From NCBI GenBank assembly GCA_965603825.1, contig CBFDEM010000054.1, positions 682,001 to 746,000 on the forward strand: a stretch of DNA of 64,000 nt. Direction: 5' to 3'. Of the stretch, positions 46,622 through 58,481 are shown piece after piece. Source of the stretch: Blepharisma stoltei ATCC 30299. Its lineage: Eukaryota; Protista; Ciliophora. Position numbers and translations under genes: made by a program. The notes under the pieces are model-generated. The model saw only the letters and a list, made by a program, of their open reading frames with translations. It made no database searches and was not told the origin of the DNA. Each line of letters opens with the position of its first letter. Position 1 is the first letter of the stretch.

Positions 46622-46639
46622 ATTTAATTATATAAATTA

Positions 46640-48103
46640 TTAAGTGGATAATGAAGGTTGTATGTCTTCATAAATATTTAATTTTCTCCTGACAATTTCT
46701 GGGCCTCCTCCATATATTTTTAAATATAAATTCCAGACGTTCTCGTTAACTCCTCTATAATGGGCGACTGGTTTTAATTTTGATTTAATTTCAACTGGAT
46801 TTTCTGGGTTTGTGAATAATTTATTGTTTGTTATAGGGCCAGGTGGCAAAACACCAATTTTTTCATTAGGAGAGATATAGCGGGAGCTGCGTGTTGTTTT
46901 ATTGAAGATAAAGTTTTTTCAGTCAGCAATCCAATCAGCATTAATAATGTATCAGAGACCTTGTTCTTCTGACTGGACGTCAAGATTACTGATCATTTCT
47001 AGCTCAATTTCTCGACGTTTTTGAATTTCAATTATTTCCTGTTGTGTAGCATTATTAGGGTTGCTAATTAAATTGGGATAGCTTTCTAAAGGTCTAAAGC
47101 ACTCGCATTTTGTACACAAAATTTCTCCATCAGTCATTTTTCCTAAACATTTTCCACATTTTCATGTAATTTTTTGGGCTTGTTTAAATTTAAAAGAAAA
47201 TGAATTTTGTAGCAGTTCTTCGAAAGCTGCTATAGAAGCTTGATTTAAATTAATATTGATATTTAATGATGGGCACGTAATTTCAGGTAAAGGTTCTACA
47301 GAGTCCTCAACAAGTTTTAATACTTCTTTATGAGCTTTTGCTATTCCTGCGTCATCTTTTTCCATAAGAAGCTGTAATGTCCCAGTTATTTTTTCTATAT
47401 TTTCAGATTCTTTATTGATAGTGTCAATAACTTCTTTATTTTCTTGGTCATGGGCAGATATTAAGCTTTGTAATTGTGTTTTTGAAGAGACTGCAGCTTG
47501 GTTTAAATTTATTTTTAGTGTTTGGAAGTGCTCTTCTAATTGTTGAATGAGTCCTTGAGATTTATTATCTAAATTTTCAATTTTTAAGCCAAAATAAATC
47601 TCTTTCTTTTTCTGAAGAACATCATTCGCTTTTTTCAAGTCTTCTCTAGCTTTTTCAACAACTTGTGGGAATGGGTGGACTTGTAGCTTATAACTAGAAA
47701 TTTCTTGTATGCATTTATCACAAAGCATACTAAATGGTTTTGCGGTATATGAGTGAATCATCAAGTTGTGCTCTGGACATTTCATTCCATATCGGAATTC
47801 TCTATGAGAAATAATCGATGTTTTAGTGCGGCGAATTGCAGGGGAAGGTTTAGATATGACCAAACTTAAAAGGGTAAAGTTTCGAGGTAGCGATTCAATG
47901 CACCGAAAGCTATATTCTAGTTCACTTTCATTAGGAAGTCTTGATATTTTAAAAATATGAAGACCTGTGCATGATGGGCATGAGATTTGTTCGTTATGAT
48001 ATAGTTGAAGAACGCATGCCTGACATAAACTGTGACCACATTTCAGGATTTTTGGAATTGTGGTTTCTGGGTTCCAGTTGTTAAGACATACGGGACATTC
48101 CAT
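46640..48103 (-). CDS. RING-B-box-coiled coil-RanBP2-type ZnF-DUSP protein, 487 aa
   Basis: Three ORFs joined via TGA 47162, 46952 and 46919. CPVC..CGHSLCQAC..CPSC; CPEH..LCDKC; [W]KCGKC..CTKC..RP; [W]YIINADWIAD[W]KNFI...PPGPITN...VW..YGGGPEI. Confidence 0.88.
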
Positions 48104-48268
48104 TTTTAAGAAGATTATAACTATCTAGTTTGGTCCTTTATTTTATTAATGATAATATTTATCGCATTATTCAGGTAAATATTAAACCTTTTTTGTATAA
48201 AAATTATATAATTATTTATTTTATTATAAAATAAAACGTATAAATATAAGAATTTCTTATTAATTTAA

Positions 48269-48968
48269 ATGAAAAGTAAAAGTCACCGCAATGATGGTTC
48301 TGCTATGCGAGATATAATTAGCCCGCCTAATGGCTTCAGAGGAACACTAGAACGAAAAGGCATCACTCCAAAAAACCACGAAAAAGACAATAAAAATCTT
48401 ATTAAAGAAATTCAAAAAATCTTAAAAACCCAGCCTACAATCGAGCCTCCCAAAAATCTAACTGCTAATAAATTCGAAAACGTCCAATCAAAAGTTACCA
48501 CAAGAGGAGAAACTCCAAAAATTGACCAAGTCAAAAGCCTAGACTATATAAAAACCAACATTCAGCGGATTCCTACAATAAAAGGCAAAAAATTTGAGCC
48601 AATCCCCAACATTGATTTTCGGACAATTTATGTAGACCACTGTAAAACTCCAGAATATATAGGAACAATAAAAGAAGAACTTAAAACCACAAAAGCACAA
48701 GCGTAAGAATTTATTTAGAGACTATGAGCTATCAAAATTAACGTGGCCAAAAGGAACAATTTTGGTACCTGAAAATGATAGACAAGCTCATCTCCAAGAA
48801 TTATATGAGAAAAGAGATAGCTTTTTGGCTTTATTGAATAGACTGCCGTTTACATCAAATACTGAAGCAGTTAGAATGAAGAAAGGGAAGATAGAAGAGA
48901 AACTTAAAGAAGTTGAAAGAGAAATATCGACTTATTCTTTACCAAAAGTATTTATTCCCAAACAATAA
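48269..48968 (+). CDS. Enkurin-domain protein (ENKD1-like)
   Basis: Two ORFs joined by a 16-nt intron at 48703-48718. KTPEY...PKGTILVPENDR...LNRLP...IEEKLKEVEREI.TYSLPKVFI. Confidence 0.85.
48703..48718 (+). other. 16-nt intron GTAAGAATTTATTTAG
   Basis: Removes a TAA and restores the frame. Confidence 0.85.
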
Positions 48969-49001
48969 ATTATTTAAATCTAAATTAAAGTTGAAGATTA
49001 T

Positions 49002-50171
49002 TTAAATTGCATCTAAAGCTCCGGTTAAGTCTCTAAGAATATCATCAATGTGTTCAACTCCAATTGACAAACGAATTAATGAATCTGAAATCCCTAGTTC
49101 GGCTCTGACTTCTTCAGGAACTGATGCATGAGTCATTATCCCAGGATGCTCCAAAAGGCACTCTACTGCCCCCAAACTTTCAGCACACACAAACAGCTTC
49201 ACATGCTCCAAAAACCTTCTTGCTTCTGCAAGTCCTCCTTTAAGATAAAACGAAATCATCCCTGAAAAATTCTTCATTTGTTTCCTCGCAATTTCATACT
49301 GAGGGTGTGACGGCAATCCTGGATAAAGCACCTTATCAACCTTCGGGTGGCTTTCTAAAAACTGTGCCACTCTCAAGGCATTTTTCTGGTGAGCCTTCAT
49401 CCTCAAATGCAGGGTTTTCATCCCCCTCAATGCTAAATAGCAGTCAAAAGGTGAAGGGACAGCTCCAATTGTATTTTGTAAAAATTTTACTTTGTTGTAA
49501 ATTTCTTCATTACTTGTACACATAACCCCCATGACGACATCAGTATGTCCTCCAATATATTTAGTACAAGAATGCACAACGGCGTCAGCGCCAAGCTCAA
49601 TTGGGTGTTGTCCGTATGGTGAACAAAAAGTATTGTCCACATATACATGAACGCCATGCTTATGAGCTATTTCTGCTATAAGCTGTATGTCAGAAATTTT
49701 TAAAGTTGGGTTGGTAGGGGTTTCTAACCATAAAAGCTTGGTATTTGGCTTAAAAGCGGCTTCTACAGCTGCAGGGTCTGAGGTGTTGACAAAGCCGAAC
49801 TCGATTCCTTGGTTTGGCGTGCACATTCTTGTGAAAAGTCTACGAGTGCCACCATATACGTCGTCAGAAGAAAGGATGTGAGTGCCTGGACCGTACATTG
49901 CCATAATGGTTGCAGTTGTGGCACAGCCTGATGCAAAAGCAAGGGCGAATCTTGCACCTTCTGAGGCTGCGAGACACTGCTCGAAGGCTTTTCTTGTAGG
50001 ATTTCCAGTACGGGAATACTCAAATCCACCATAAGTGGTGCCTGGAGAGTGCTGAGCAAAGGTGGTTGAAAGCGAGATTGGGGTTGCAAGAGCTCCAGTT
50101 ACTGGATCTGGAGGTTGGCCAGCGTGGATAAAGCGGGTTTCTTGATGATATTGTGACCAATCTTCTGACAT
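49002..50171 (-). CDS. CTH: Cystathionine gamma-lyase
   Basis: YSRTGNPTR, WLETPTNP, VDNTF, HSCTKYIGGH (PLP lysine) and AESLGAVE. Alternative ATG at 50186. Confidence 0.95.
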   Translation of the reverse strand: MSEDWSQYHQETRFIHAGQPPDPVTGALATPISLSTTFAQHSPGTTYGGFEYSRTGNPTRKAFEQCLAASEGARFALAFASGCATTATIMAMYGPGTHILSSDDVYGGTRRLFTRMCTPNQGIEFGFVNTSDPAAVEAAFKPNTKLLWLETPTNPTLKISDIQLIAEIAHKHGVHVYVDNTFCSPYGQHPIELGADAVVHSCTKYIGGHTDVVMGVMCTSNEEIYNKVKFLQNTIGAVPSPFDCYLALRGMKTLHLRMKAHQKNALRVAQFLESHPKVDKVLYPGLPSHPQYEIARKQMKNFSGMISFYLKGGLAEARRFLEHVKLFVCAESLGAVECLLEHPGIMTHASVPEEVRAELGISDSLIRLSIGVEHIDDILRDLTGALDAI

Positions 50172-50404
50172 ATTATTATACCACACAATATTTAGGTGAA
50201 ATTATTGAAAATATCATAGAATTTAAATTTTAGTAGATAATGAATTATTAACTTAGTTTTTCTAAAAGAGGCAATTCCCATTAGTTCTTAAAAGATAGTA
50301 AGTTTATTTTTTTAAAATCAGCCATTTAATAAAATTCAAAGGCTTTTAATTCAATTTTTCTATTTAATCTTACTATATTATACCTTAATTTTATTGCTAA
50401 AAAT

Positions 50405-51964
50405 ATGAGTTTTTCACCTGCAAGCAGACGATCAATTTCTTCAAGAAAAATATCACATCACGAGCCTTTATCTGTAAATCGATCATTTGCATTCACTCCA
50501 TCTGAACGAAAGCTTCATGGCTTTATAAAGCAAAAATCAGCAGATCTGCTAGATGTAGCATCATCAATTCCTAATAGAAGACTGTTTAACCCAGGTCAAG
50601 AATTATCTGATGTTTCGCTTCAGTTAGTGAAACTAAGGAAAAGTTTAGATGAGAAAAGGCAGATTATTTTAGTAAAAGACAAATCTATATCTATCATGAA
50701 AAAAGACATGAATTTAATTTCAGACATAAAATCAAGAAAATTACCAGAAATAGAAACAGTCAGCACAAGGCTGAAAATGCTAGAAAACAAGCTTGCTGAG
50801 GCTAAAATTAAATGTGAACATGAAGAGACAAATTTCTCTGCAAATCTACATTTATTGGAAAGAATGAGAACAACGATGTTTTATTTGGAAAAAAAAGAAG
50901 TTGAGTATAGAGAAGCCATAAGCGCACAAAGCAATTATTTGCAGTATGAAGTTAATAAGTGTGAGAAATCAAAAGAATCAAAGCTGCAGAGCAAGTCAGC
51001 GTTTGAAAAGCTTCAAACTTCGCTGATGTATGGAAAAAAAGAAAACGATGAGACTAAATATGATATACAAAAAGCTTCAGGTAACTTAGAAAAAACAAAA
51101 ATGAGAAGAGAAGCAGTCAAAAGAAGGCAAAAAGAGTTTCTTGATAACGAAATGATAAAAGACCAAATAAGTCAGCTCCAGCACAAGCATGAATCTCTTA
51201 TGTCTTTCCGATTTTTTTATAATTTAATTACCTTTCAATATGAAAAACAAATGGAATTCTACCAGAAACTTGAAGACTGCTATTTAAAAATGAAAGCTGC
51301 CTCTGGGATCTCAGAAATTGATTTAATGATAAACCGATGCTATACTAGAGAACACGATTATAAAGAGTTAATAACCCTCACAAACGCCAAAAAATCACAA
51401 CTAGAAGCAAGCCAAAAGAAAATTGTAGCAATAGAGGCTGATATCGAAGAATTAAACAAGCTGAAAAACAGCTGCTATTTAAATGAATTTAATGAGTCCG
51501 CAAAACAAAAAGAAATTAGCGATTTAAGGCTATCAATAAAACGATTAAAAACAAAGCGGCATAACTTGATGAAAATTGCAAATAAATTGAAAATTTGAAC
51601 CAAAAAAACTAGTGAGAAAATAGACTCAGTTGTAGAGAAAAATTTTTTTATTACTGGACTGAGCTCAGAAAATTTTGAGAACTGTGCAGATTTTTTGATA
51701 AAAATTAGAAATGAGGTAAGAAATGCATTGAAAAATCTGCAAAGTCCGAAAGAAACAGTGCAGGATTTTATATGGAAAATGAGGTCGAAAAGTATTTCTA
51801 GCATTATTGATGAAATACCAGCAAGCCAGTGTAGAAGTATTATGGTTGAAGAAGAATTCGGCGCTGAAGACTTAGATGGCTATGTAAGTCCAGATACTGG
51901 AAAACATAGTGAAAACCCTAGTAGAAAGAAAAGCTTAGGCCAATTTAGTTACAAAAGAGGCTAA
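50405..51964 (+). CDS. Long coiled-coil protein, outer-dynein-arm docking complex (ODAD1/ODAD3)-like
   Basis: Joined via TGA 51596. LEDCYLKMKAASGISEID..I.R...RE motif. Confidence 0.6.
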
Positions 51965-52123
51965 GTTCTGTAAGGTACTATAAATCATATTTACTTGAAA
52001 AGTTAAATAATTATTTTTCAAGCTCCATATATTAAAGCCTAATTTATTATTTACTTTAACTATTATATACAAATCTCCGCCTTCTTTTATAATTTATAAT
52101 TTTATTTACCGGGAATATTAAAA

Positions 52124-54028
52124 ATGCAAGCAGCAGAAATGCCCGCGCAATCAGTAGAGTATTGGAAAAGCAAGCTTCCTGAATTTAAGAACAAAATTTT
52201 AGAATTCTCAAATCTCGCACTCCCTAAATATCACAATTATAAGCTAGATACTTTGCGCGAGGAAGGCTTAATCGATAAAACTAACGTGGATACTCAAATT
52301 CAAGCAATCAAAAAAATAATTAGCACAACTATAGACTCCAGCCAACTGCCTCTATCTCAGCTCTTAGACGCTATAAAGCGAAATCTCGTTGAAGATGCCT
52401 CAGATATCCCACTTAGCACAGAAGAGCTCACAGATATAATTAATCAAATTGCAAGCAGAGTCCCTATAGGAATTATAGACAAAAAGAAAAACACTTATGA
52501 AGATACAGACCCTCTTTGCATGTGGTGCTGGGAACTTGATGAGTATCCTCAGCCAAGCTGTGTTAAACAAGAACGAAATTTGATTGGAAAAGCTATCAGG
52601 AGCTTAAATAAGCTTATTAAAGAACTGGAAAAAAATTACCCAAATGCTGAAGTAATCCCAAATTTATATGATTCTGCTAATAAAGCAGTGAAAAATTATG
52701 AAAAAAAAATCGCTGAGGATAGAGAAAGAAAAAGAGTAAGAGATGAAAAAGAAACAGAAAAACAGATGAAAAAACTGAAAATTGAGGAAAAAAAGAAACA
52801 GGCTGAAGAAGAAAAAATGAGAAAATTGAAGGAAAAGGAACAGATGGAAGAAGAAAAAATTAAAAAACAGAAAGAAAAAGAAGAGGAAATCAGGAGGAAA
52901 CAAGTAGAAAAAGAAGAAGATTTAAAAAAAAAGCAAGCACAGCTAGAAAGAACTCCTGAAAAATCGCCAGAAAAGAAGCAAGAGCAGCAGAGCATTAAAA
53001 AAGTAATGCCCATGCTTAAAATGGAAAGTTTTTTCAAGCCAGTCAAAGCTGAAATTCCCCTTGAAAAAGAAAACCGCAACATTCTCCAAAAAGTCCTTAT
53101 TAATCCTAGCCAAGACGACACAGTTCCTGGAGATTTAAATTCTTGGAAAGCCAAATGGAAAAAAGACATCAAGCATTTTAAACCAAAAAGCCATTTTATC
53201 TATATACAAGACAGCGCTTTAAAGCCTTATTTTGAAGGCTTTCCTAAGATCGTCGAAGTCAAAAGAAACCCTTATTTTATTTATCAAGACGTTAATTATG
53301 ATATAGACAGCGAAGAAGAATATGAAGAAAAATTTGGTGAGGATATAGAAAAAGAAGACGATGAGGAGGAGTCTGACTCTTATACAGAATCAGAGGAATC
53401 TGATGTAAAATTCGTGGTGCCTGATGGGTATTTATCAAATGATGAAATACCTGAAGGAGAAGAAGGGCCAGAAGTCATTAGTTATAAACCTCCTGAAGAA
53501 ATTTTGCCTATGAAAATAATTACTTTGGCAAGTGATGATGCTGCGCTGTTGTGCTCGCTGAAGGCGGTAAATTTGCAAAATATTCCGTTACCTATTATAT
53601 ATAAAGTTGAAAAAACACCTTTACTTCCTCAAAAACCTCCGAAAAAAACTATCGATGACCTTATTGAAGAATTCAAAACTGTTGCACAAGGAAAAAACTC
53701 AAAAAAAGAAATTGTGGCTTATTTTGCTGAAAAATACCCAGAAATTTCAAAATTATCTGTTTCTAAAAAAATCCAAGAATTGCTTGTAAGGACGAAAATT
53801 GGGAATGATAAACAAAAATATTATTTAAAAAGCTCCCTGGAGGTTGCTGATCCATTTTCCTCATCAAACCAAGGGATTACAACAGCAAATCCAAACAGCC
53901 AAGCCTTTGTAGACGCAAGTACAGGTGTATCTTTGCCACTTCCTTTTTCTCCATGCCAGCCTGCAATTAAAGGATTTTTAAAGCCAAAAGTGACAGCATC
54001 ACAGACAACTGGTAGCACCCAATCATAA
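52124..54028 (+). CDS. CHAF1A: Chromatin assembly factor 1 subunit A (p150/Cac1)
   Basis: KER helix, MESFFK PIP-like box, NYDIDSEEEYEE..GEDIE and FVVPDGYLS. Confidence 0.88.
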   Translation: MQAAEMPAQSVEYWKSKLPEFKNKILEFSNLALPKYHNYKLDTLREEGLIDKTNVDTQIQAIKKIISTTIDSSQLPLSQLLDAIKRNLVEDASDIPLSTEELTDIINQIASRVPIGIIDKKKNTYEDTDPLCMWCWELDEYPQPSCVKQERNLIGKAIRSLNKLIKELEKNYPNAEVIPNLYDSANKAVKNYEKKIAEDRERKRVRDEKETEKQMKKLKIEEKKKQAEEEKMRKLKEKEQMEEEKIKKQKEKEEEIRRKQVEKEEDLKKKQAQLERTPEKSPEKKQEQQSIKKVMPMLKMESFFKPVKAEIPLEKENRNILQKVLINPSQDDTVPGDLNSWKAKWKKDIKHFKPKSHFIYIQDSALKPYFEGFPKIVEVKRNPYFIYQDVNYDIDSEEEYEEKFGEDIEKEDDEEESDSYTESEESDVKFVVPDGYLSNDEIPEGEEGPEVISYKPPEEILPMKIITLASDDAALLCSLKAVNLQNIPLPIIYKVEKTPLLPQKPPKKTIDDLIEEFKTVAQGKNSKKEIVAYFAEKYPEISKLSVSKKIQELLVRTKIGNDKQKYYLKSSLEVADPFSSSNQGITTANPNSQAFVDASTGVSLPLPFSPCQPAIKGFLKPKVTASQTTGSTQS

Positions 54029-54096
54029 TATTAAAAATATTTTTATTAATTCCTAATTTTTGGCATTGCTAATATATTAAAAATATATTTTCAGCT

Positions 54097-55296
54097 ATGA
54101 GAAGGCTTCATCTAATAAATAAGCACCTTTGTGGTGAAAGAGAAGTCTGCATTGTGGCAGCTGGCAGATCTCCTATAGATAAAGTAGGAGGAAGCTTATC
54201 TCATTATTCTACAGTAGAACTAGCATCTAGTACTTTGAAAGGAACCTTAGAAAAATTCAGAATTCCTACTGAAGAAATCGAAGAAATTTATTTTGGGACT
54301 GTTTTTCCTTCAAACCTAGGACAATCTCCAGCTAAACAAATTGCAGTTAATGCAGGGCTTAGGGATTCAGTCAATTGTATGATTCTCAATAAACTTTGTG
54401 CGAGTGGAATGAAAGCTACTATGCTAGGAGCATTATCAATTTCTACAGGAAATGCTGATTGTGTAGTAGTTGGTGGCGCTGAAAGTATGAGTAAAATTCC
54501 TTATATTGTTCCAAAGATTAGAGAAGGATTGGTCAGAGGAAACCATAAAGCTCTTGACGCTACAGTCTGTGACGGAATTTTGGATCCAAGATTTAAAGTA
54601 ATCCCAGCCTTTTGCTCAGACTTGATATCTCAAAAACTAAATTTTTCTAAATCTGATCTTGACTATTTCTCTCAAGAATCCATCAAAAGAGCAAACAAAG
54701 CTTGAAATTCTGGAAAATTCAGCAATGAGATAATCCCAATTTCTGATAAAAAAGGAAAACTTATTAATAAAGATACAATAAAAGACATTAACCTCCTAAA
54801 AGCTGATCTTAAGCCTATTTACCAAGGCGGAGTCACAACAGCTGCCAATGCTTGCCCAATAAATGACGGAACATCCTTTTTAGTACTATGCAGTCGTCAA
54901 AAAGCTAATGCACTAGGCTTAAAAATCCTCGGAACAATCTCATCATTTGCCGATTTTGAGCATCATAAATTGAGCTTTCCTACATCTCCGACCTTAGCTA
55001 TATGAAAAGCATTAGAAAGAGCAAATTTATCGTTATCAAAAATTGATTATATTGAAATTAATGAAGCTTTTGCATCTGTGGTCTTAGCGAATTCTGTAGC
55101 TTTGCCATTTGACTTGGAAAAAATAAATGTTTATGGGGGCGGAGTAGCTATTGGGCACCCTGTAGGAAGCAGCGGGGCAAGAATTTTGGTCACTTTATTG
55201 AATGTTTTAATGCAGGAAGGAGGAGTTTATGGAGCTGCTGGGATTTGTAACGATGGAGGTGGGGCTGGAGCTGTCATAATAAAAAGAGAAATTTAA
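54097..55296 (+). CDS. Acetyl-CoA acetyltransferase (thiolase), probably mitochondrial, 399 aa
   Basis: Joined via two TGAs (ANKA[W]NSGKFSNEI). NKLCASG, EINEAF and GHPVGSSGARI. Confidence 0.93.
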
Positions 55297-55315
55297 TTAT
55301 TAATTGCTATTATAA

Positions 55316-56221
55316 ATGGCAGCCAGATCATCAAGTTTTGCAAGCAAAGTTTTGATGATTGAACCAATCAGATTTTCCTTTAATGCAGAAACAGCTCAAG
55401 ATAACACTTATATGAACCAAGGGAATTCACAAGTCCATGAAAGCTGTTCACAAGAGTTTTCTGCTTACAAAGAAATTCTGATCCAAAATGGCATTATCGT
55501 CCAGCACTGGATAAATTCAGACCCTCAAGCCCCTGACTGTATTTTTGCAAATAATTGGTTTTCAGCTTTAAGCCCACCAGATGTAGATGCCCCTACCCTT
55601 ATTTTATATCCTATGAGACACCCATCACGTCGAAGAGAAAAACGTCAAGAATTTATTAATGATTTACTTGTAGATTACCAAAATATTATTAATTTAAGCC
55701 ACTTTGAAGACCAAGATTTAGCATTAGAAGGCACAGGTAGCTTGGTTATTGACAGAAAAAACCGACAAATTTTTATGAGCATTTCTCCAAGATCGTCTGA
55801 AATTGTATTAGCTGAGCTTATTAGTAGATTAAATTTATTAACAAAAAACCCTTGGAAATCAGTTACATTTAGGAGCGTAGATGAGAATAATAATCCTGTT
55901 TATCATACAAATGTTATACTTTGTTTTACCCCTGGAAAAGCTGTTATTAATATATCTGCAATTATCCCAGAGGACCGTGAAAAAGTCATAAATGCTTTAG
56001 AGGGCTATGAAATTTTTGAAATAAATCATGACCAAACCAGAAAATTTGCAGGGAATTTGGAATGCTTGTATTCACCTACAAGAGGGACTGAAATAATCAT
56101 CGCAAGCTCAAGTGCAAGAGGATTGTTAAATTTAGACAGAGAAATCATATATGTCGACATCCCGACTATCGAAAGTGTCGGAGGAGGATCGGCTCAATGT
56201 ATGCTAGGGAAATTATTTTAA
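55316..56221 (+). CDS. Amidinotransferase/pentein hydrolase (CtlX-like)
   Basis: LMIEP..F.FN.ETA.DN, PDCIFANNW, LEGTGS, YHTNV and GGGSAQCM. Confidence 0.88.
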   Translation: MAARSSSFASKVLMIEPIRFSFNAETAQDNTYMNQGNSQVHESCSQEFSAYKEILIQNGIIVQHWINSDPQAPDCIFANNWFSALSPPDVDAPTLILYPMRHPSRRREKRQEFINDLLVDYQNIINLSHFEDQDLALEGTGSLVIDRKNRQIFMSISPRSSEIVLAELISRLNLLTKNPWKSVTFRSVDENNNPVYHTNVILCFTPGKAVINISAIIPEDREKVINALEGYEIFEINHDQTRKFAGNLECLYSPTRGTEIIIASSSARGLLNLDREIIYVDIPTIESVGGGSAQCMLGKLF

Positions 56222-56238
56222 CTATTTATTAATAAATT

Positions 56239-57825
56239 ATGGAATCTCCACACTGTTATATACCAGATTGCAGCAGACGGTCAGATTTTAAATGCAGCTG
56301 CCTATCCTCTGAAGTTTTTTCATGCACTCTTCATTTTGGTAATCATATTTCTTCAACTGACTCTTCTATAAGCCACCAATTTAAGAAATTATATGAAAAA
56401 CCAAATGATGAAACTAAAAAAGCAGCCATAGCACATTTAATTCAGAAAATGACCAAACTTAAAGAATATCAAAGAGAAGTTGTGGAAAAATCTAATGAAA
56501 AAATGCAAAAAATTTGTGTAGAATTGAGAAAAGAGCTAAATTTTGTATATGAGGAAATTAAAAAGATTAAAAAATATGCAGCTCAAATAGTTAATATAAA
56601 AGATATCCCAGTAGAAAATGCTGAGCCTTTGTATGAGATTTTGAAATATCCAAGCCAAGGTGTTGCTGAAAAAATTGAAGAAATTATCAATGGGCTACCA
56701 AAAGTAGAACAAATTGATGAGCCTTTATTGGAGCCATTAAATCAAAGCGGACAATTATATGAAAATGCCTCTGAAAACAATTTATCACAAAAAATAAAGG
56801 CTCAATTATGAGAAATATCAAAATTAAGCAACGAAATTAAAGAAAAAACTAAAATTATTTGTGAAAATGAACAAATGATAAAGAATTTAACTGAAGAGAA
56901 TGAGAAATTGAAAATTGATATTAAAAGTCGTGTTTCCCATGACGAGCTCTCAGAAGTCGAAGCAAATCTAAAAGAAAATAGAATAAAAGGCCAATTTGCT
57001 ATAGAGTCTTTTAGTATAGAAGCACTTCAACTCGTTACTCCTGTAGAAGACTCCCAAAGCGTGATTATAACAAACCTCTCAAATTCAGAACGATTTCAAA
57101 TAGATTTAGAAATTGAAGAAACTTTAAGTAGCCAAATATCTGTGTGTATGCTTCCTGATCTAAAATTATTTTTCTATGGAAATTGCTGGGAGAAAAAAAC
57201 GTTTATCTTTAAAAGCCAAAAAGTTTACTCTGGAATTACATTTATTTTCGATCTTTGTGCTAGCAAGGCAAATATACTAGAAAAAGGATTTGATTGCTGT
57301 GAAGCTGGCTGCATTTATTACAGCAACAAAGTGTATGTTTTTGGAGGATTTAATGGCGAAAGTTTATCACTTGCAAGAAGATATAATCTAGATCTGAATA
57401 AATGGTCAGATTTAATAGAAATGCCAGAGCCTTCAACACGGGTATCATGTGCTATGTTTCAGAAAGCAATTTTATTGTGTGGATCTTACCATACAGTGCT
57501 TTATAGATACGAAATAATAAATAAAGCTTATGTGCGCCTAGGATTGAATTTATATGAAGGGTCGAATAAAATTGTATGTGTAGCAAATGAAAGAGGATAT
57601 GTAATTGAGATGGGATATGGGATATATGAAAGTGAGTTTAGGGATGTAAGAAAATGGCATGTTCTTGGAAAATGCAATTTATCATCGAATTTCAAGATAA
57701 TTTCTCATGGAATTCTTTTTGAGAAATCAATTTTTTTCCATATGTTTGATGATTTTGACCAGGCTTTAATTGAATTCAATCTAGAAAGCAAAAAGCTCGA
57801 AAATCGTGGAAGAATAGCTATATAA
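56239..57825 (+). CDS. B-box-like Cys/His finger, coiled coil and Kelch-like propeller protein, 528 aa
   Basis: Joined via TGA 56809. C..C..CSC..C..H..H..H; VYVFGG...YN...NKW. Confidence 0.8.
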
Positions 57826-58002
57826 ACTTTTATTAATAAATCCTTTTTTATAAATATGCAATAATTAATGAAGATATGATTCTAAAAAAATATTTTTTAT
57901 AAATAAATTAATGAGAGCTATGGAGAAATTATTAATAAAAAAATGTTGAAAGTATAATTGAGCTATTCGTTTAGGGCAAATAATTTTAGAATTAAAAAAA
58001 TT

Positions 58003-58481
58003 ATTTAGTTCTCCAACAGGCAGTTTGGCTAAGTTTCTTCTGCATTTCCAAGAGCATTAGTCACTTTTATCCTATATTTTTCAATCCTCCATTTTTTCTG
58101 TATATTCCTCATATCAATTTTTCAGAATGCTATCATTATCAGCAAACTTCTTGATGGAAAAAATAAAAGATCATCCATTGAATGCCTTTCGCTTCTGGCC
58201 TATTCTGTCCATCTAGATCTCTTGCAAAACTTATGTGTTTATCCATAATCTCTTGCCTACCGGGACTATATCTTTTTCAGAGAGATTCAAATACTCCATT
58301 TGGGATTAAATAATTTTCTGCTAAACCCTATTTACAGGCTGGTTTTTCTAAAAAATTCAAAATCTATTTTTAATGCAAATTCACATTCTTTAACAGCTTT
58401 TTCTTCCTCAAGAGAATAGACTCTTTTCTTTAAATCTTCGAATTCTTGTAAAAAATTCTTAATTGTGGCCAATCTTTCCAT
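58003..58481 (-). pseudogene. Possible degraded coiled-coil/LRR gene remnant
   Basis: ATG-led MERLATIKNFLQEFEDLKKR..., then coding-like segments (ILKIDMRN) broken by TAA/TAG stops and frameshifts. Confidence 0.3.
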
